A stretch of 19,987 nucleotides of DNA from Gemmatimonadaceae bacterium (GTDB lineage Bacteria; Gemmatimonadota; Gemmatimonadetes; Gemmatimonadales; Gemmatimonadaceae), in the NCBI GenBank assembly GCA_040902005.1, contig JBBDYA010000133.1, forward strand, positions 37,893 through 57,879. The letters run 5' to 3'. The position numbers and the translations under genes are program-made. The notes beneath the pieces are model-generated. The model ran no database searches. It had not been told where the DNA came from and was given only the letters and a program-made list of their open reading frames with translations. Positions 7,804 to 17,970 of this stretch are shown here, one piece after another; positions within the stretch are counted from its first letter, which is position 1; the number at the start of each line of letters is the position of its first letter.

Positions 7804-7930
7804 CTAAGGCTGAGGCGCTCGCCCCGCGCCGCGCACAACGTTAATGTATGGGTGTATGAGTGGGGGCTCAGACGGCATGGCGTGTCATGGCAGAGACCGT
7901 CTGCCGCAGCCCATTTCCCCGAGGTTTCAG

Positions 7931-10345
7931 TTGGCATTCCTTCGCAACAGCATTCCGCTCCTCTTTGGAGCACTCGCGGCCGTCGGTTGCGAACCGAATC
8001 CCACGACGGGCACGATCGTCCTGACGATCGAAGGGCTTCCAGCCGGCGTCCCGGTCGCGGCGCGCGTGACGGGGCCAGACAACTACGCGACCGTCGTTCC
8101 CGCCACCGGCACGCTCGAGGGGCTCATCCCCGGCGAATACCTGGTTCGGGTGCAGAGCGTCACCGTGGGTGGCGACCTGTACACGTCGTCGGTGACGCAG
8201 CAGATGCTCAACGTGGCCGCGGGAGAGACCGAGAGTTCCACCATTCCGTATGCGTTGACGAGCGGAAGCATGGACTTCACCATCGCCGGTCTCCCTGCGG
8301 GCGCCGCTGCCAACGTGATCGTGCGTCGTGCGGATGGTTTTGCGCGGCTGGTGCCGGCCTCTGGCGTGCAGCGTGGCCTGGGGGCCGGTTCCTATACGAT
8401 CCACGCGGACACGACGGTGACCGCGGTAGGAGACAAGTTCGGGCCGAGCGCGCCGCAGCAGACGGTCACGATCGCGGCGTCGCAGACGCCGGTGCCGGTG
8501 AACGTCGCGTTCAGCCAGACGACCGGTGCCATCGCCCTCACCCTCTCAGGGCTCCCCGACTCGCTCCCCTTCGATCCGGTCACGATCACCGGCCCAGGCG
8601 CATTCGCGCTCGGAACCACGGTCTCGGCGACGCTCCGCGGACTGTCGCCCGGCACGTACACGGTGTCCGCGGTCAGCGCCGTGGGCGACTGCCCCACGAT
8701 GTACACGACACTCACCCCGAGCCAGACGGTGGACGTCGCCGTGGGGGCCACCGCCGACGCGAGCGTTGCGTACAGTGAAGGCGTGGCCTCGCCCGCGGAG
8801 CTCAACGTCAAGATCGCCAACGCGCACGTCACCCAGGTAGTGCAGGATTCGCTCGGCACCGTGCCCATCGTGGCGGGACGGACGGCGCTGCTCCGTGTGT
8901 TCGGGCTCGCCAACCAGTGCAATACGTCCACGCCCCCCGTGCGCGTCACGTTCTCCAATGGGACAATCGTCAACGCTCCCGCCGGAGAGGGCTCGATCCG
9001 CACGCGCCTCGCGGAGGGCGTGCTGACGTCCACGTGGAACGTGGCGATTCCCGACACCGCGGTGAAGGAAGGGCTGACGTATTACGCCGAAATCGATCCG
9101 GACAACGCGATCCCCGAGTTGGACAAGAGCGACAACCGGTTTCCGGCCACCAGTGTACGGATGGTGAACGTGCGGACCATGGCGCCGGTCGGCATCCACT
9201 TCGTGCCGATCGCGCTTAGATCCGGCCAGAGCACGATCAATTCGTCGAACGCGGACCAGTACCTGTCGTTCTCGCGCAAGGTGCATCCCGTGGCGACGTT
9301 CGACGTCACGTTTCGCCAGCCGCTCACCGTAAACGACAGCATCTCGGGGCCGAATGATATCAACACGTGGATCAGGATCGTGACCCAGCTCGACGCGGCG
9401 CGTGTCGCGGATTCCATCAGCTCCCCCACCGCCCGGTTCTATCACGGCATCGTGAACGTGCCCTATAACGGTGGCATTGCCGGCATCGCCTTGGTCGGAG
9501 GTCGCGTGGGGCTCACCTGGCATCACCTGCCGAGTGCGAGTGCAACCGTGGCGCACGAGCTGGGGCACAACTTCGCGCAAGAGCATGCGCCGTGCGGCGG
9601 ACCAGCCCTCCTCGATCCCGGCTTTCCCTACGCCGGCGCCCGCATCGGGCGATTCGGCTACGATGCCGAGACGCAGACGCTGAAGGATCCCGGGATCTAC
9701 GCCGACCTGATGAGCTACTGCGGCCCGGAGTGGATCAGCGACTACATGTACGTGCGGATGATGGACAATCTCTCGAATAGGCAAACGCTGCCGATGGTGG
9801 CCGGCGCGTCCGCGAGCGAGCCGATGCTGCTCGTGTGGGGACGCATCGTCAACGGACAGCCGGTGCTGGAGCCGGCGTTCGAGATCGCCGGGCGCGGCCA
9901 GCTTCCGCGTCCGGGACCGCACCGCATCACGGCGACCGCGACCGACGGCTCCGAGGCGTTCAGCGTCGCGTTCGCGGGGAACGTCATCGCCGACCTGCCG
10001 GGCGACGATGAGTCCTTTGCCATCACGATCCCCGCGTCGATGCTGCGCGGCAGGACGCTGGCCTCGCTGCGCCTTACGGCCCGCGGACGCACGGTGAGCA
10101 ATGGCATGTCGGTGACCGTCAACGCCGATCCGCGCGCGACCGTCACTCGCGCGGGACCGCGCGCGGCGCGCGTGCGCTGGGACGCGGACCGATTCCCGGT
10201 GGTGATGGTGCGCGACCCCGTGCGCGGCGAGGTCCTGTCCTTCGCCCGCGGCGGTGACGCCGTCATCGTCACGGATCAGCAGGAGCTGGAGCTGAATTTC
10301 TCCAACCGCGTGCACAGCGCGCGCATGCGCCGGCCGATTCAGTAG
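7931..10345 (+). CDS. lipoprotein zinc metallopeptidase (M66-like/metzincin) with three N-terminal Ig-like repeats
   Basis: ORF 7844..10345 with the start reassigned to TTG 7931 (GAGG at 7921-7924). Signal peptide with lipobox LAAVGC; three ~86-aa repeats; HELGHNFAQEHAPCG zinc motif; Met-turn-like DLMSYC; C-terminal beta-rich domain. Confidence 0.8.
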   Translation: MAFLRNSIPLLFGALAAVGCEPNPTTGTIVLTIEGLPAGVPVAARVTGPDNYATVVPATGTLEGLIPGEYLVRVQSVTVGGDLYTSSVTQQMLNVAAGETESSTIPYALTSGSMDFTIAGLPAGAAANVIVRRADGFARLVPASGVQRGLGAGSYTIHADTTVTAVGDKFGPSAPQQTVTIAASQTPVPVNVAFSQTTGAIALTLSGLPDSLPFDPVTITGPGAFALGTTVSATLRGLSPGTYTVSAVSAVGDCPTMYTTLTPSQTVDVAVGATADASVAYSEGVASPAELNVKIANAHVTQVVQDSLGTVPIVAGRTALLRVFGLANQCNTSTPPVRVTFSNGTIVNAPAGEGSIRTRLAEGVLTSTWNVAIPDTAVKEGLTYYAEIDPDNAIPELDKSDNRFPATSVRMVNVRTMAPVGIHFVPIALRSGQSTINSSNADQYLSFSRKVHPVATFDVTFRQPLTVNDSISGPNDINTWIRIVTQLDAARVADSISSPTARFYHGIVNVPYNGGIAGIALVGGRVGLTWHHLPSASATVAHELGHNFAQEHAPCGGPALLDPGFPYAGARIGRFGYDAETQTLKDPGIYADLMSYCGPEWISDYMYVRMMDNLSNRQTLPMVAGASASEPMLLVWGRIVNGQPVLEPAFEIAGRGQLPRPGPHRITATATDGSEAFSVAFAGNVIADLPGDDESFAITIPASMLRGRTLASLRLTARGRTVSNGMSVTVNADPRATVTRAGPRAARVRWDADRFPVVMVRDPVRGEVLSFARGGDAVIVTDQQELELNFSNRVHSARMRRPIQ

Positions 10346-10367
10346 CTACCTAGCTATTTTCCAAGCC

Positions 10368-11579
10368 ATGTCTGATCCGTCCCGCCAGCCGGTCATCGTC
10401 GCGGCTGCGCGCACACCCATCGGCAGATTTCTTGGCGGGCTCGCCGCGCTCCAGGCGCCGGAACTCGGCGCCATCGCCCTTCGCGCCGCGATTCAGCGCG
10501 CCGGCATCGCGCCGGACGACGTCGAGGAGGTCATCCTCGGGAACGTCATCCAGGGCGGGGTGGGGCAGGCGCCCGCGCGTCAGGCCGCGCTCAAGGCCGG
10601 CATCCCCGCCAGCGTCTCCGCGCTCACCATCAACAAGGTGTGCGGCTCCGGGCTCAAGGCCGTGATGCTCGCCGCGCAGGCCATCAAGGCGGGGGACCGC
10701 CAGGTGGTGCTCGCCGGCGGGCAGGAGTCGATGTCCAACGCGCCGTTCTACATGTACGGCATGCGGAACGGTGTGAAGCTCGGCGATCAGACGCTCGTGG
10801 ACGGCATGATCAAGGACGGCCTCTGGTGCGCCTCCTGCGACGTCCACATGGGCGGGCATGCGGAGTACACGGCGAAGAAGGCCGGGCTGGATCGGAAGAT
10901 CCAGGACGACTTTGCGGCAGCGTCGCATCGCAAGGCGGTCGCCGCCCAGGAGGCGGGGAAGTTCAGGGCGGAGATTGCGCCGGTCGAAATCCGCGGTCGC
11001 AAAGGCGTCACCACGGTGGACGCCGACGAGGGACCGCGCAAGGATTCCACCGCCGAGTCGCTTGGCAAGCTGCGGCCGGCCTTCGCGCATGCGGCCGTGC
11101 CGCAGAACGAGCTGTCGGTCACCGCGGGGAATGCGTCGAGTTTGAACGACGGCGCGGCGGCACTCGTCGTCACGTCCGAGTCCTTCGCGAAGGAGCGCGG
11201 CCTGCCCATCATGGCGCGGATCACAGGTTATGCGACCGGCGGCACGGAGCCGCAGGACCTGTTCTTCGCGCCGATCCTGGCGATGCGCAACCTGATGCAG
11301 CAGACCGGCCGCAAGGTCGGCGACTACGACCTGATCGAAGCCAACGAGGCCTTCGCGTCCCAGGCGCTGGCAAACGGGCAGGAGCTGGGCTGGGACTGGG
11401 ACCGCGTCAACGTGCATGGCGGCGCGATCGCCCTGGGACATCCGATTGGCGCGAGCGGGGCTCGCGTCCTCACCACGCTGCTGTACGCGATGCAGGATCG
11501 CGGCGCGCGCACCGGAGTGGCGACGTTGTGCCTCGGCGGCGGCGATGCGGTCGCGCTCAGCGTTTCCCGAGACAACTGA
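10368..11579 (+). CDS. atoB: acetyl-CoA C-acetyltransferase (thiolase, AtoB/ThlA type)
   Basis: TINKVCGSG active-site Cys, [19 protein letters not shown] and TLCLGGG motifs. Confidence 0.93.
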   Translation: MSDPSRQPVIVAAARTPIGRFLGGLAALQAPELGAIALRAAIQRAGIAPDDVEEVILGNVIQGGVGQAPARQAALKAGIPASVSALTINKVCGSGLKAVMLAAQAIKAGDRQVVLAGGQESMSNAPFYMYGMRNGVKLGDQTLVDGMIKDGLWCASCDVHMGGHAEYTAKKAGLDRKIQDDFAAASHRKAVAAQEAGKFRAEIAPVEIRGRKGVTTVDADEGPRKDSTAESLGKLRPAFAHAAVPQNELSVTAGNASSLNDGAAALVVTSESFAKERGLPIMARITGYATGGTEPQDLFFAPILAMRNLMQQTGRKVGDYDLIEANEAFASQALANGQELGWDWDRVNVHGGAIALGHPIGASGARVLTTLLYAMQDRGARTGVATLCLGGGDAVALSVSRDN

Positions 11580-11581
11580 CC

Positions 11582-12133
11582 ATGACGACACTCCCGCTCC
11601 GCTTCACGCAGGACCGACGCTTCGCGCTGCTGGGCACGCTGGGATTCGCGCTCGCGCTAGCCGCCGGCGCACAGGTCGCGATCCCCGTGCCGGGCACGCC
11701 GGTGCCGATCACCCTCCAGCCCATGATCGTCGTGCTCGCCGGCATGGTGCTCGGGCCCACGCTGGGCGCGGTGAGCATGATCGCGTATCTCGCGGCGGGC
11801 GCGGCGGGGCTGCCGGTGTTCTCTCCCTTTGGCGCGCCCGGCGTCGCGCGGCTGCTCGGGCCCACCGGCGGCTATCTCATCGCGTTTCCCGCGGCGGCGT
11901 TCACCGCCGGCTTTCTCGCCCGGCGGTTCCCGTCGCTCGTGGGACGCTGGATTGGCGCCACGCTGGGCATCGCGGTGCTGTTCGTCGGTGGCATCACGCA
12001 GCTGGCCATCCTGACGGGAAGTCTCGGCGTTGCCATCGCGCAGGGGATCACGCCGTTCGCGGCGTTCGACGTCGTGAAGGCGTTGGTGGCGGCGCTGCTG
12101 GCCCGCCCGAAAGCCCTCGATCGGCGAGGGTGA
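11582..12133 (+). CDS. bioY: biotin transporter BioY (ECF S component)
   Basis: 3' part of ORF 10640..12133 from ATG 11582: [29 protein letters not shown] and DVVKA motifs; 183 aa, hydrophobic. Confidence 0.92.
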   Translation: MTTLPLRFTQDRRFALLGTLGFALALAAGAQVAIPVPGTPVPITLQPMIVVLAGMVLGPTLGAVSMIAYLAAGAAGLPVFSPFGAPGVARLLGPTGGYLIAFPAAAFTAGFLARRFPSLVGRWIGATLGIAVLFVGGITQLAILTGSLGVAIAQGITPFAAFDVVKALVAALLARPKALDRRG

Positions 12134-13014
12134 CCGCCGGGTCGATCTTCGTCGCGACCGACGGACGACTCCGGGCGGTTTGGCGACTGCTGCTGTTTCT
12201 CGCCCTGCTCGTCGTGTGCACCGTGGCGGTGTTCGTGGCGCTGGGATTCGCGCTCCAGTACGTCGAGGGGCTGTCGGGGATCCCGGGCACGTCCGAAACG
12301 CTCGGACTCACGATCGCCCTGCTCCTGGCGCACGGCATCGCGCTGCGCACTTTCGATCGCCAGCCGGCGTCGTACGTGGGGCTGGACCGCGCCGCTGCGA
12401 AGCCACGGGTGCTGCTCTTCGGCTTTGTCCTTGGCGCCGTGCCGATCGGCGCGGCATCGCTCGTCCTGATCGCGACGGGCCAGCTGGACGTCACACAGGC
12501 GCCGCCCGGCTCCTGGTGGGCGGCAGCCGCGCGCATATCCATCCTGCTGATTCCGGCGGCGTTCTACGAGGAGCTCTTTCTCCGGGGCTACGTGTTCGCG
12601 ACGCTCGGCGCGTGGCTGGGGCCGGTCGCGACGGTCGCGCTCACCAGCGTGGCGTTCGGACTGCTTCACGTGCCCAACCCGGGAGGAGGGGGATCCAACG
12701 GGCTGCCGATCGTCATGGTGACGCTCGCCGGCGTATACCTCGCGGTGGTGCTGCTGGTGACGCGCAGTCTCTACGCCGCGTGGATGGCGCATCTCGCGTG
12801 GAACTGGGTGATGGCGGTGGTTCTGCACGTGGCGGTGAGCGGGCTGCCGCTGCCGCAGCCGGGCTATCAGCTCGCGGACGATGGTCCGGACTGGCTCACC
12901 GGCGGCCCCTGGGGACCGGAAGGTGGCGTCGTTGCGGGCGCGGGGATGTTCGCCGGGCTGGCATACCTTTACTGGCGTCACTCACGACGGAGCCATGAGC
13001 AACTCGACCGATAG
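12130..13014 (+). CDS. CPBP-family (CAAX/Abi) intramembrane metalloprotease
   Basis: 3' part of ORF 11416..13014 from GTG 12130 (GTGA overlap with bioY). Motifs EELFLRG, FGLLH, HLAWN and C-terminal WLTGGPWGPEG. Confidence 0.9.
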   Translation: MTAGSIFVATDGRLRAVWRLLLFLALLVVCTVAVFVALGFALQYVEGLSGIPGTSETLGLTIALLLAHGIALRTFDRQPASYVGLDRAAAKPRVLLFGFVLGAVPIGAASLVLIATGQLDVTQAPPGSWWAAAARISILLIPAAFYEELFLRGYVFATLGAWLGPVATVALTSVAFGLLHVPNPGGGGSNGLPIVMVTLAGVYLAVVLLVTRSLYAAWMAHLAWNWVMAVVLHVAVSGLPLPQPGYQLADDGPDWLTGGPWGPEGGVVAGAGMFAGLAYLYWRHSRRSHEQLDR

Positions 13015-13852
13015 CATCGCGGTGGTTGGCGCGGGACAGATGGGCAACGGCATCGCGCACGTGTTCGCGCAAGCGGGCCACCCGGTGACGATGATCGACG
13101 TCTCGCCGGACGCGCTCGCGCGCGGACGCGAGACGATCGCGAAAAACCTGGACCGGCAGGTGAAGAAGGGCACCATCACCGCGGACGCGAAGGACGCGAC
13201 GCTCGGACGTATCACGACGGCGGGTGCCCTGGACGCAGTGGCCGGCGCGTCGCTGGTGGTGGAGGCCGTCACGGAGCAGCGCGCGCTCAAGTTCAGGATC
13301 TTCTCGGACATCGACACGCACGCCAGCGCCGGCGCGATCCTCGCCACGAACACCAGCTCGATCTCGATCACCGAGATCGCCGCGCAGACCCGGCGTCCCG
13401 ACGCGGTCATCGGCATGCACTTCATGAATCCGGTGCCCGTGATGCAGCTCGTGGAGGTGATTCGCGGTCTGGCGACGAGCGACGACACCACCGCGCGGAC
13501 CGTGGCGCTCGCGAAGGCCGTGGGGAAGACGCCGGTGGAGGCGAACGACTCCCCGGGGTTCATCGCCAATCGCGTCCTGATGCCCATGATCAACGAGGCC
13601 GTCTACTGCCTCATGGAGGGCGTGGGGACGGCGGAGTCCATCGACACCGTCATGAAGCTCGGGATGAACCACCCGATGGGACCGCTGGCGCTGGCGGACT
13701 TCATCGGCCTCGACACCTGCCTGGCCATCCTCGAGGTGCTGCACACCGGACTCGGCGACCCGAAGTACAGACCCTGTCCATTACTTCGGAAGTATGTGGC
13801 GGCCGGGTGGCTCGGAAAGAAGGCCGGACGCGGCTTCCACATGTACGGCTAA
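12995..13852 (+). CDS. hbd: 3-hydroxybutyryl-CoA dehydrogenase
   Basis: From ATG 12995: VVGAGQMGNGIA Rossmann motif, LATNTSSISIT, GMHFMNPVP, PGFIANR and NHPMGPL. Confidence 0.93.
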   Translation: MSNSTDSIAVVGAGQMGNGIAHVFAQAGHPVTMIDVSPDALARGRETIAKNLDRQVKKGTITADAKDATLGRITTAGALDAVAGASLVVEAVTEQRALKFRIFSDIDTHASAGAILATNTSSISITEIAAQTRRPDAVIGMHFMNPVPVMQLVEVIRGLATSDDTTARTVALAKAVGKTPVEANDSPGFIANRVLMPMINEAVYCLMEGVGTAESIDTVMKLGMNHPMGPLALADFIGLDTCLAILEVLHTGLGDPKYRPCPLLRKYVAAGWLGKKAGRGFHMYG

Positions 13853-13857
13853 GACGA

Positions 13858-15033
13858 GTGACCTGGGCCCTCACCCCCCTGAGCGAGGAGCAGCGGGCGA
13901 TCCAGTCGACCGCGCGCGAGTTCGCCGCCGGCGAGCTTGCGCCGAACGTGGAGGCGTGGGACCGCGATGCGTACTTCGATCCCTCCATCATCACCAAACT
14001 CGCCCAGCTCGGCTTTCTTGGCATGCTGGTGCCCGAGGAGTACGACGGTCTCGGGCTGGAGACGCTGACCTACCTCGTGGCCCTCGAGGAGATCGCTGCC
14101 GTAGACGCGTCGACCGCGGTGCTATTGAGCGTCCACAACTCGCTGCCATGCCAGATGCTGCTGCGCTGGGGCACCGACGAGCAGAAGGAGCGCCTGCTGC
14201 GGCCCATGGCGCGCGGCGAGCTGCTGGGCGCGTTCGCGCTGTCCGAGGCGGAGAGCGGCTCCGACGCGGCGTCGCTGCGCACGCGCGCCACGCGCGACGG
14301 CGACTGCTGGGTGCTGAACGGCACCAAGGCCTGGGTGTCCAGCGGGACGCACGCTGGCGTCATTCTCGCCATGGCTCGCACGGACGCGCGGGAGGATCGC
14401 AAGGGCGCCCGCGGGATCGGCGCGTTCATCGTGACGCCGGACATGCCGGGGTTCTCGGTGGGGAAGAAGGAAGACAAGCTGGGGCTGCGCGCCTCCCCCA
14501 CGGTGCAGCTCACCTTCGACAACATGCGAGTGCCCGCGCGGAACATGCTCGGCGAGCCCGGGATGGGCTTCATCTACGCGATGCAGTCGCTGGACGCCGG
14601 GCGGCTCGGCATTGCCGCGCAAGCCGTGGGCATCGCCCAGGCGGCGCTCTCGCATGCGTCGCGGTACGCGGCGGAGCGGCGCCAGTTCGGCAAGCCGATC
14701 AAGGAGTTCCAGGCGATCCAGTTCAAGCTCGCGGACATGGCGTCGCGCGTCGCCGCCTCGCGCGCCCTGCTGCACGCCGCGGCGACCGCGCGCGATCGCG
14801 GCCAGCACGTCACGCAGTTCAGCGCCATGGCCAAGCTCACCGCGAGTGAAACGGCCATGTGGGTCACGACGCAGGCCATCCAGATTTTCGGTGGCTACGG
14901 CTACGTGAAGGACTATCCCGTGGAGCGGCTCTTCCGCGACGCGAAGGTGACGGAGATCTACGAGGGCACCTCGGAGATTCAGCGCATCGTGATCGCGCGC
15001 GAGTTGTACTCGCACGGCGGCGGCAGGGGCTGA
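13858..15033 (+). CDS. short/branched-chain acyl-CoA dehydrogenase
   Basis: Probable GTG start at 13858; FALSEAESGSD, LNGTKAWV, EDKLGLRAS, GRLGIAA, R-QFGKPI, GGYGY and IYEGTSEIQR. Confidence 0.93.
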   Translation: MTWALTPLSEEQRAIQSTAREFAAGELAPNVEAWDRDAYFDPSIITKLAQLGFLGMLVPEEYDGLGLETLTYLVALEEIAAVDASTAVLLSVHNSLPCQMLLRWGTDEQKERLLRPMARGELLGAFALSEAESGSDAASLRTRATRDGDCWVLNGTKAWVSSGTHAGVILAMARTDAREDRKGARGIGAFIVTPDMPGFSVGKKEDKLGLRASPTVQLTFDNMRVPARNMLGEPGMGFIYAMQSLDAGRLGIAAQAVGIAQAALSHASRYAAERRQFGKPIKEFQAIQFKLADMASRVAASRALLHAAATARDRGQHVTQFSAMAKLTASETAMWVTTQAIQIFGGYGYVKDYPVERLFRDAKVTEIYEGTSEIQRIVIARELYSHGGGRG

Positions 15034-15044
15034 CCCGTCGTAGA

Positions 15045-15080
15045 TTTCCCATTCCCATTCCCATTCCCATTCCCATTCCC
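15045..15080. repeat. hexamer tandem repeat (ATTCCC)5 plus one variant unit
   Basis: TTTCCC at 15045-15050, then five perfect ATTCCC units (15051-15080). Further degenerate TTCCC/TCCC tracts continue to ~15126. Confidence 0.95.
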
Positions 15081-15134
15081 GCCGTCTGTTTTTCCCCATT
15101 CCCGCCTCCCCCTTCCCGGTTCCCCGTTTCTTAA

Positions 15135-16205
15135 ATGCAGATCTTCGATACCATCGCCAGCATGGGGCACGAGCAGGTTGTGCTCGGGCACGATCCCGCC
15201 TCCGGCTACCGCGGCATCATCGCCATTCACAGCACAGTGCTGGGTCCGGCGCTGGGTGGCACGCGCTTCTGGAGCTACGCCACGGACGACGAGGCCGTCG
15301 TGGACGCGCTGCGTCTCGCGCGCGGCATGACCTACAAGAACGCCGTGGCCGGGCTGAACCTTGGTGGCGGCAAGTCCGTCATCATCGGCGACAACAAGAC
15401 CACGGACCGCGAACTGATCTTTCGCGCGCACGGCCGGTTCGTGGAGTCGCTGGGCGGCCGCTACATCACGGCGGAGGACGTGGGGACCAGCACCGCGGAC
15501 ATGGATTATGTCCACATGGAGACGAAGAGCGTGACCGGTCTCGCGGGGCGGTCGGGTGACCCGTCCCCGGTCACCGCGCACGGTGTGTTTCGCGCCATCC
15601 AGGCGTCTGCAAAGGCCCGATGGGGCAAGGACGACATCGCGGGGCGCACCATCGCGGTGCAGGGGTGCGGACACGTGGGCTACTACCTCGCCAAGGAGTT
15701 GCACGAGGCGGGGGCCAACCTCATCGTCACCGACATCGACGCGGAACGGGTGAGCCGCGTCGTGAAGGATTTCAGCGCGAAGACCGTCGCGGCCGACGCG
15801 ATCTACGGCATCGAGGCCGACATCTTCGCGCCGTGCGCCCTGGGGGCGATCATCAACGACCAGACCATTCCGCAGCTGAAGGTGGCCATCGTGGCGGGCG
15901 CCGCCAACAACGTGCTGCTGGAAGAGCGCCACGGCGACATGCTGGAGGAGCGGGGGATCATGTACGCGCCGGACTACGTGGCCAACGCGGGCGGCGTCAT
16001 CAACGTGTACAGCGAACTCGCCGGCTGGACTCCCGCGCGCGCGTTCCGGAAGGCGGACGAGATCTACGACACCGTGCTCAAGGTGTTCGCGATCGCGAGC
16101 ATCGACAAGGTGCCGACGTACGTCGCCGCCGACCGGCTCGCCGAGCAGCGCATTCGCGCGGTGGGGTCGCTGGTCCGCACCTGGCCGCAGTGGCCCAACA
16201 AATGA
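15135..16205 (+). CDS. leucine dehydrogenase (Glu/Leu/Phe/Val dehydrogenase family)
   Basis: HEQVV, IIAIHSTVLGPALGGTR, GMTYKNA, GGGKSVI, YITAEDVG, SGDPSPVTA, QGCGHVG, AGAANN and APDYVANAGG. Confidence 0.93.
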   Translation: MQIFDTIASMGHEQVVLGHDPASGYRGIIAIHSTVLGPALGGTRFWSYATDDEAVVDALRLARGMTYKNAVAGLNLGGGKSVIIGDNKTTDRELIFRAHGRFVESLGGRYITAEDVGTSTADMDYVHMETKSVTGLAGRSGDPSPVTAHGVFRAIQASAKARWGKDDIAGRTIAVQGCGHVGYYLAKELHEAGANLIVTDIDAERVSRVVKDFSAKTVAADAIYGIEADIFAPCALGAIINDQTIPQLKVAIVAGAANNVLLEERHGDMLEERGIMYAPDYVANAGGVINVYSELAGWTPARAFRKADEIYDTVLKVFAIASIDKVPTYVAADRLAEQRIRAVGSLVRTWPQWPNK

Positions 16206-16675
16206 CTCCTGAAACGATCCTCATCGCCGCCGACCACGCGGGCTTCGAGCTGAAGAAGAAGCTCGAGGCCGAGCTGACCAGGCTCGGCTTCGCGGTGCGC
16301 GATCTGGGCACCGATTCCGCGGACTCCACCGACTACGCGGACTACGCCCACCCGCTGGCGAAGGAAGTCTCCGAGGGCACGGTGAAGCGCGGGGTGCTGC
16401 TCTGCGGCACCGGACTCGGCATGTCGTACGTGGCCAACCGGTATCCGAACGTGCGCGCCGCCGTCACCTGGTCGGCCGAGGTGGCGGAGCTGGCGCGGCG
16501 TCACAATGATTCCAACGTCCTCGTGCTGCCCGCGCGGTTCGTCACGGACGATCAGGCCGTGGAGATTCTCAGGACCTGGCTGACGGTGCCCTTCGAGGGC
16601 GGGCGGCACGAGCGCCGCGTCGTGAAGATCGAACACGCCTCACCGGAAGGACGGAAGCCCGGAGCCGATGCATGA
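16202..16675 (+). CDS. rpiB: ribose 5-phosphate isomerase B
   Basis: From ATG 16202 (ATGA overlap): [25 protein letters not shown] and FEGGRHERR. Confidence 0.95.
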   Translation: MTPETILIAADHAGFELKKKLEAELTRLGFAVRDLGTDSADSTDYADYAHPLAKEVSEGTVKRGVLLCGTGLGMSYVANRYPNVRAAVTWSAEVAELARRHNDSNVLVLPARFVTDDQAVEILRTWLTVPFEGGRHERRVVKIEHASPEGRKPGADA

Positions 16676-17967
16676 CCAACTGGTCTGACTGGGACCGCTG
16701 CCCGCCGGGGGATTCCCTCCGCGACGCGGATCCTGAAATCGCGGAGCTCATCGAGCTCGAGATCGCGCGCCAGAACGACGGGCTCGAGTTGATCGCGAGT
16801 GAGAACTTCGTGTCGCCCGCAGTGCTCGAGGCACTCGGATCGCCGCTGAACAACAAGTACGCGGAGGGATTGCCCGGCAAGCGCTACTACGGCGGCTGCG
16901 AGGTGGTGGACCGGGTGGAGCAGCTGGCCATCGATCGCGCCAAGGAACTGTTCGGCGCGGAGCACGCCAACGTGCAGCCCCACTCGGGCGCGCAGGCGAA
17001 CATGGTGGTCTTTCTGGCGTTCATGAAACCCGGGGACACGTTCCTGGGCATGGACCTCTCGCATGGCGGGCACCTCACGCACGGGTCACCGGTGAACTTC
17101 TCGGGCATCCTCTACAACGCGGTGTCGTACGGCCTCACGACCGACGGGCTGATCGACTACGACGACGTGGAGCGCAAGGCGCGCGAGCACCGGCCGCGGA
17201 TGATCATCGCGGGGTACAGCGCGTACTCCCGGGTGGTGGATTTCGCGCGGTTCGCCGCGATCGCCCGGGAGGTGGGCGCGATCTTCATGGTGGACATGGC
17301 GCACTTCGCCGGGCTGGTCGCCGGCGGCGTCTATCCGTCGCCGGTGCCGCACGCCGACGTCGTGACCACCACGACGCACAAGACGCTGCGCGGCCCGCGC
17401 GGCGGCGTCGTCTTCTGCCGGGCGGAGCACGCGAAGGCGATCGACAAGGCGGTATTCCCGGGCACGCAGGGCGGCCCGCTCGAGCATGCGATCGGCGCCA
17501 AGGCCGTCGCGTTCCGTGAAGCGCTCCAGCCGTCCTTCAAGATCTACTCACGGCAGGTGGTGGCCAACGCGCGCGCGCTCGCCGCCGCGCTCATGGCGCG
17601 TGGCTACCACATCGTGTCCGGCGGCACCGACAACCACCTGATGCTGGTGGACCTGCGCGGCAAGGCCGACACGCTCACCGGCAAGCTCGCGGAGAGCGCG
17701 CTGAACAGCGCCGGGATTACGGTGAACAAGAACACGGTGCCCAACGAAACCCGCTCGCCCTTCGTCACCAGCGGCCTGCGCATCGGGACGCCCGCCGTCA
17801 CCACGCGCGGCATGCGCGAGCCGCAGATGCAGCGCATCGCCGAGCTGATCGACCGCGTGCTGTGCGCGCCCGAGGATCGGACCGTGCTGGACGCCGTCCA
17901 CGCGGACGTGCGCGAACTGGCCGGTGCGTTCCCCCTGTACCCGGCGCCCGCGGTGCCATCACATTAG
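16672..17967 (+). CDS. glyA: serine hydroxymethyltransferase
   Basis: [50 protein letters not shown] (PLP lysine), GGTDNH and SGLRIGTP. Confidence 0.98.
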   Translation: MTNWSDWDRCPPGDSLRDADPEIAELIELEIARQNDGLELIASENFVSPAVLEALGSPLNNKYAEGLPGKRYYGGCEVVDRVEQLAIDRAKELFGAEHANVQPHSGAQANMVVFLAFMKPGDTFLGMDLSHGGHLTHGSPVNFSGILYNAVSYGLTTDGLIDYDDVERKAREHRPRMIIAGYSAYSRVVDFARFAAIAREVGAIFMVDMAHFAGLVAGGVYPSPVPHADVVTTTTHKTLRGPRGGVVFCRAEHAKAIDKAVFPGTQGGPLEHAIGAKAVAFREALQPSFKIYSRQVVANARALAAALMARGYHIVSGGTDNHLMLVDLRGKADTLTGKLAESALNSAGITVNKNTVPNETRSPFVTSGLRIGTPAVTTRGMREPQMQRIAELIDRVLCAPEDRTVLDAVHADVRELAGAFPLYPAPAVPSH

Positions 17968-17970
17968 GGG

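Noticed and set aside
7622..7807. Selenocysteine read-through of the thrS TGA with the downstream hairpin as SECIS (prompted by selA)
   Set aside because: ThrS is already full length, the extension looks non-protein-like and the hairpin is the repeat element, which follows a TAG in copy 3.
10343..10356. TAGCTA-CC-TAGCTA dyad between the peptidase and thiolase genes, as an operator or excision scar
   Set aside because: Too short and single-copy to support a call.
10640..13014. Long N-terminal extensions or fusions on bioY (497 aa) and CPBP (532 aa) in the ORF track
   Set aside because: The extensions overlap upstream genes in other frames; family-like sequence begins at 11582 and 12130.
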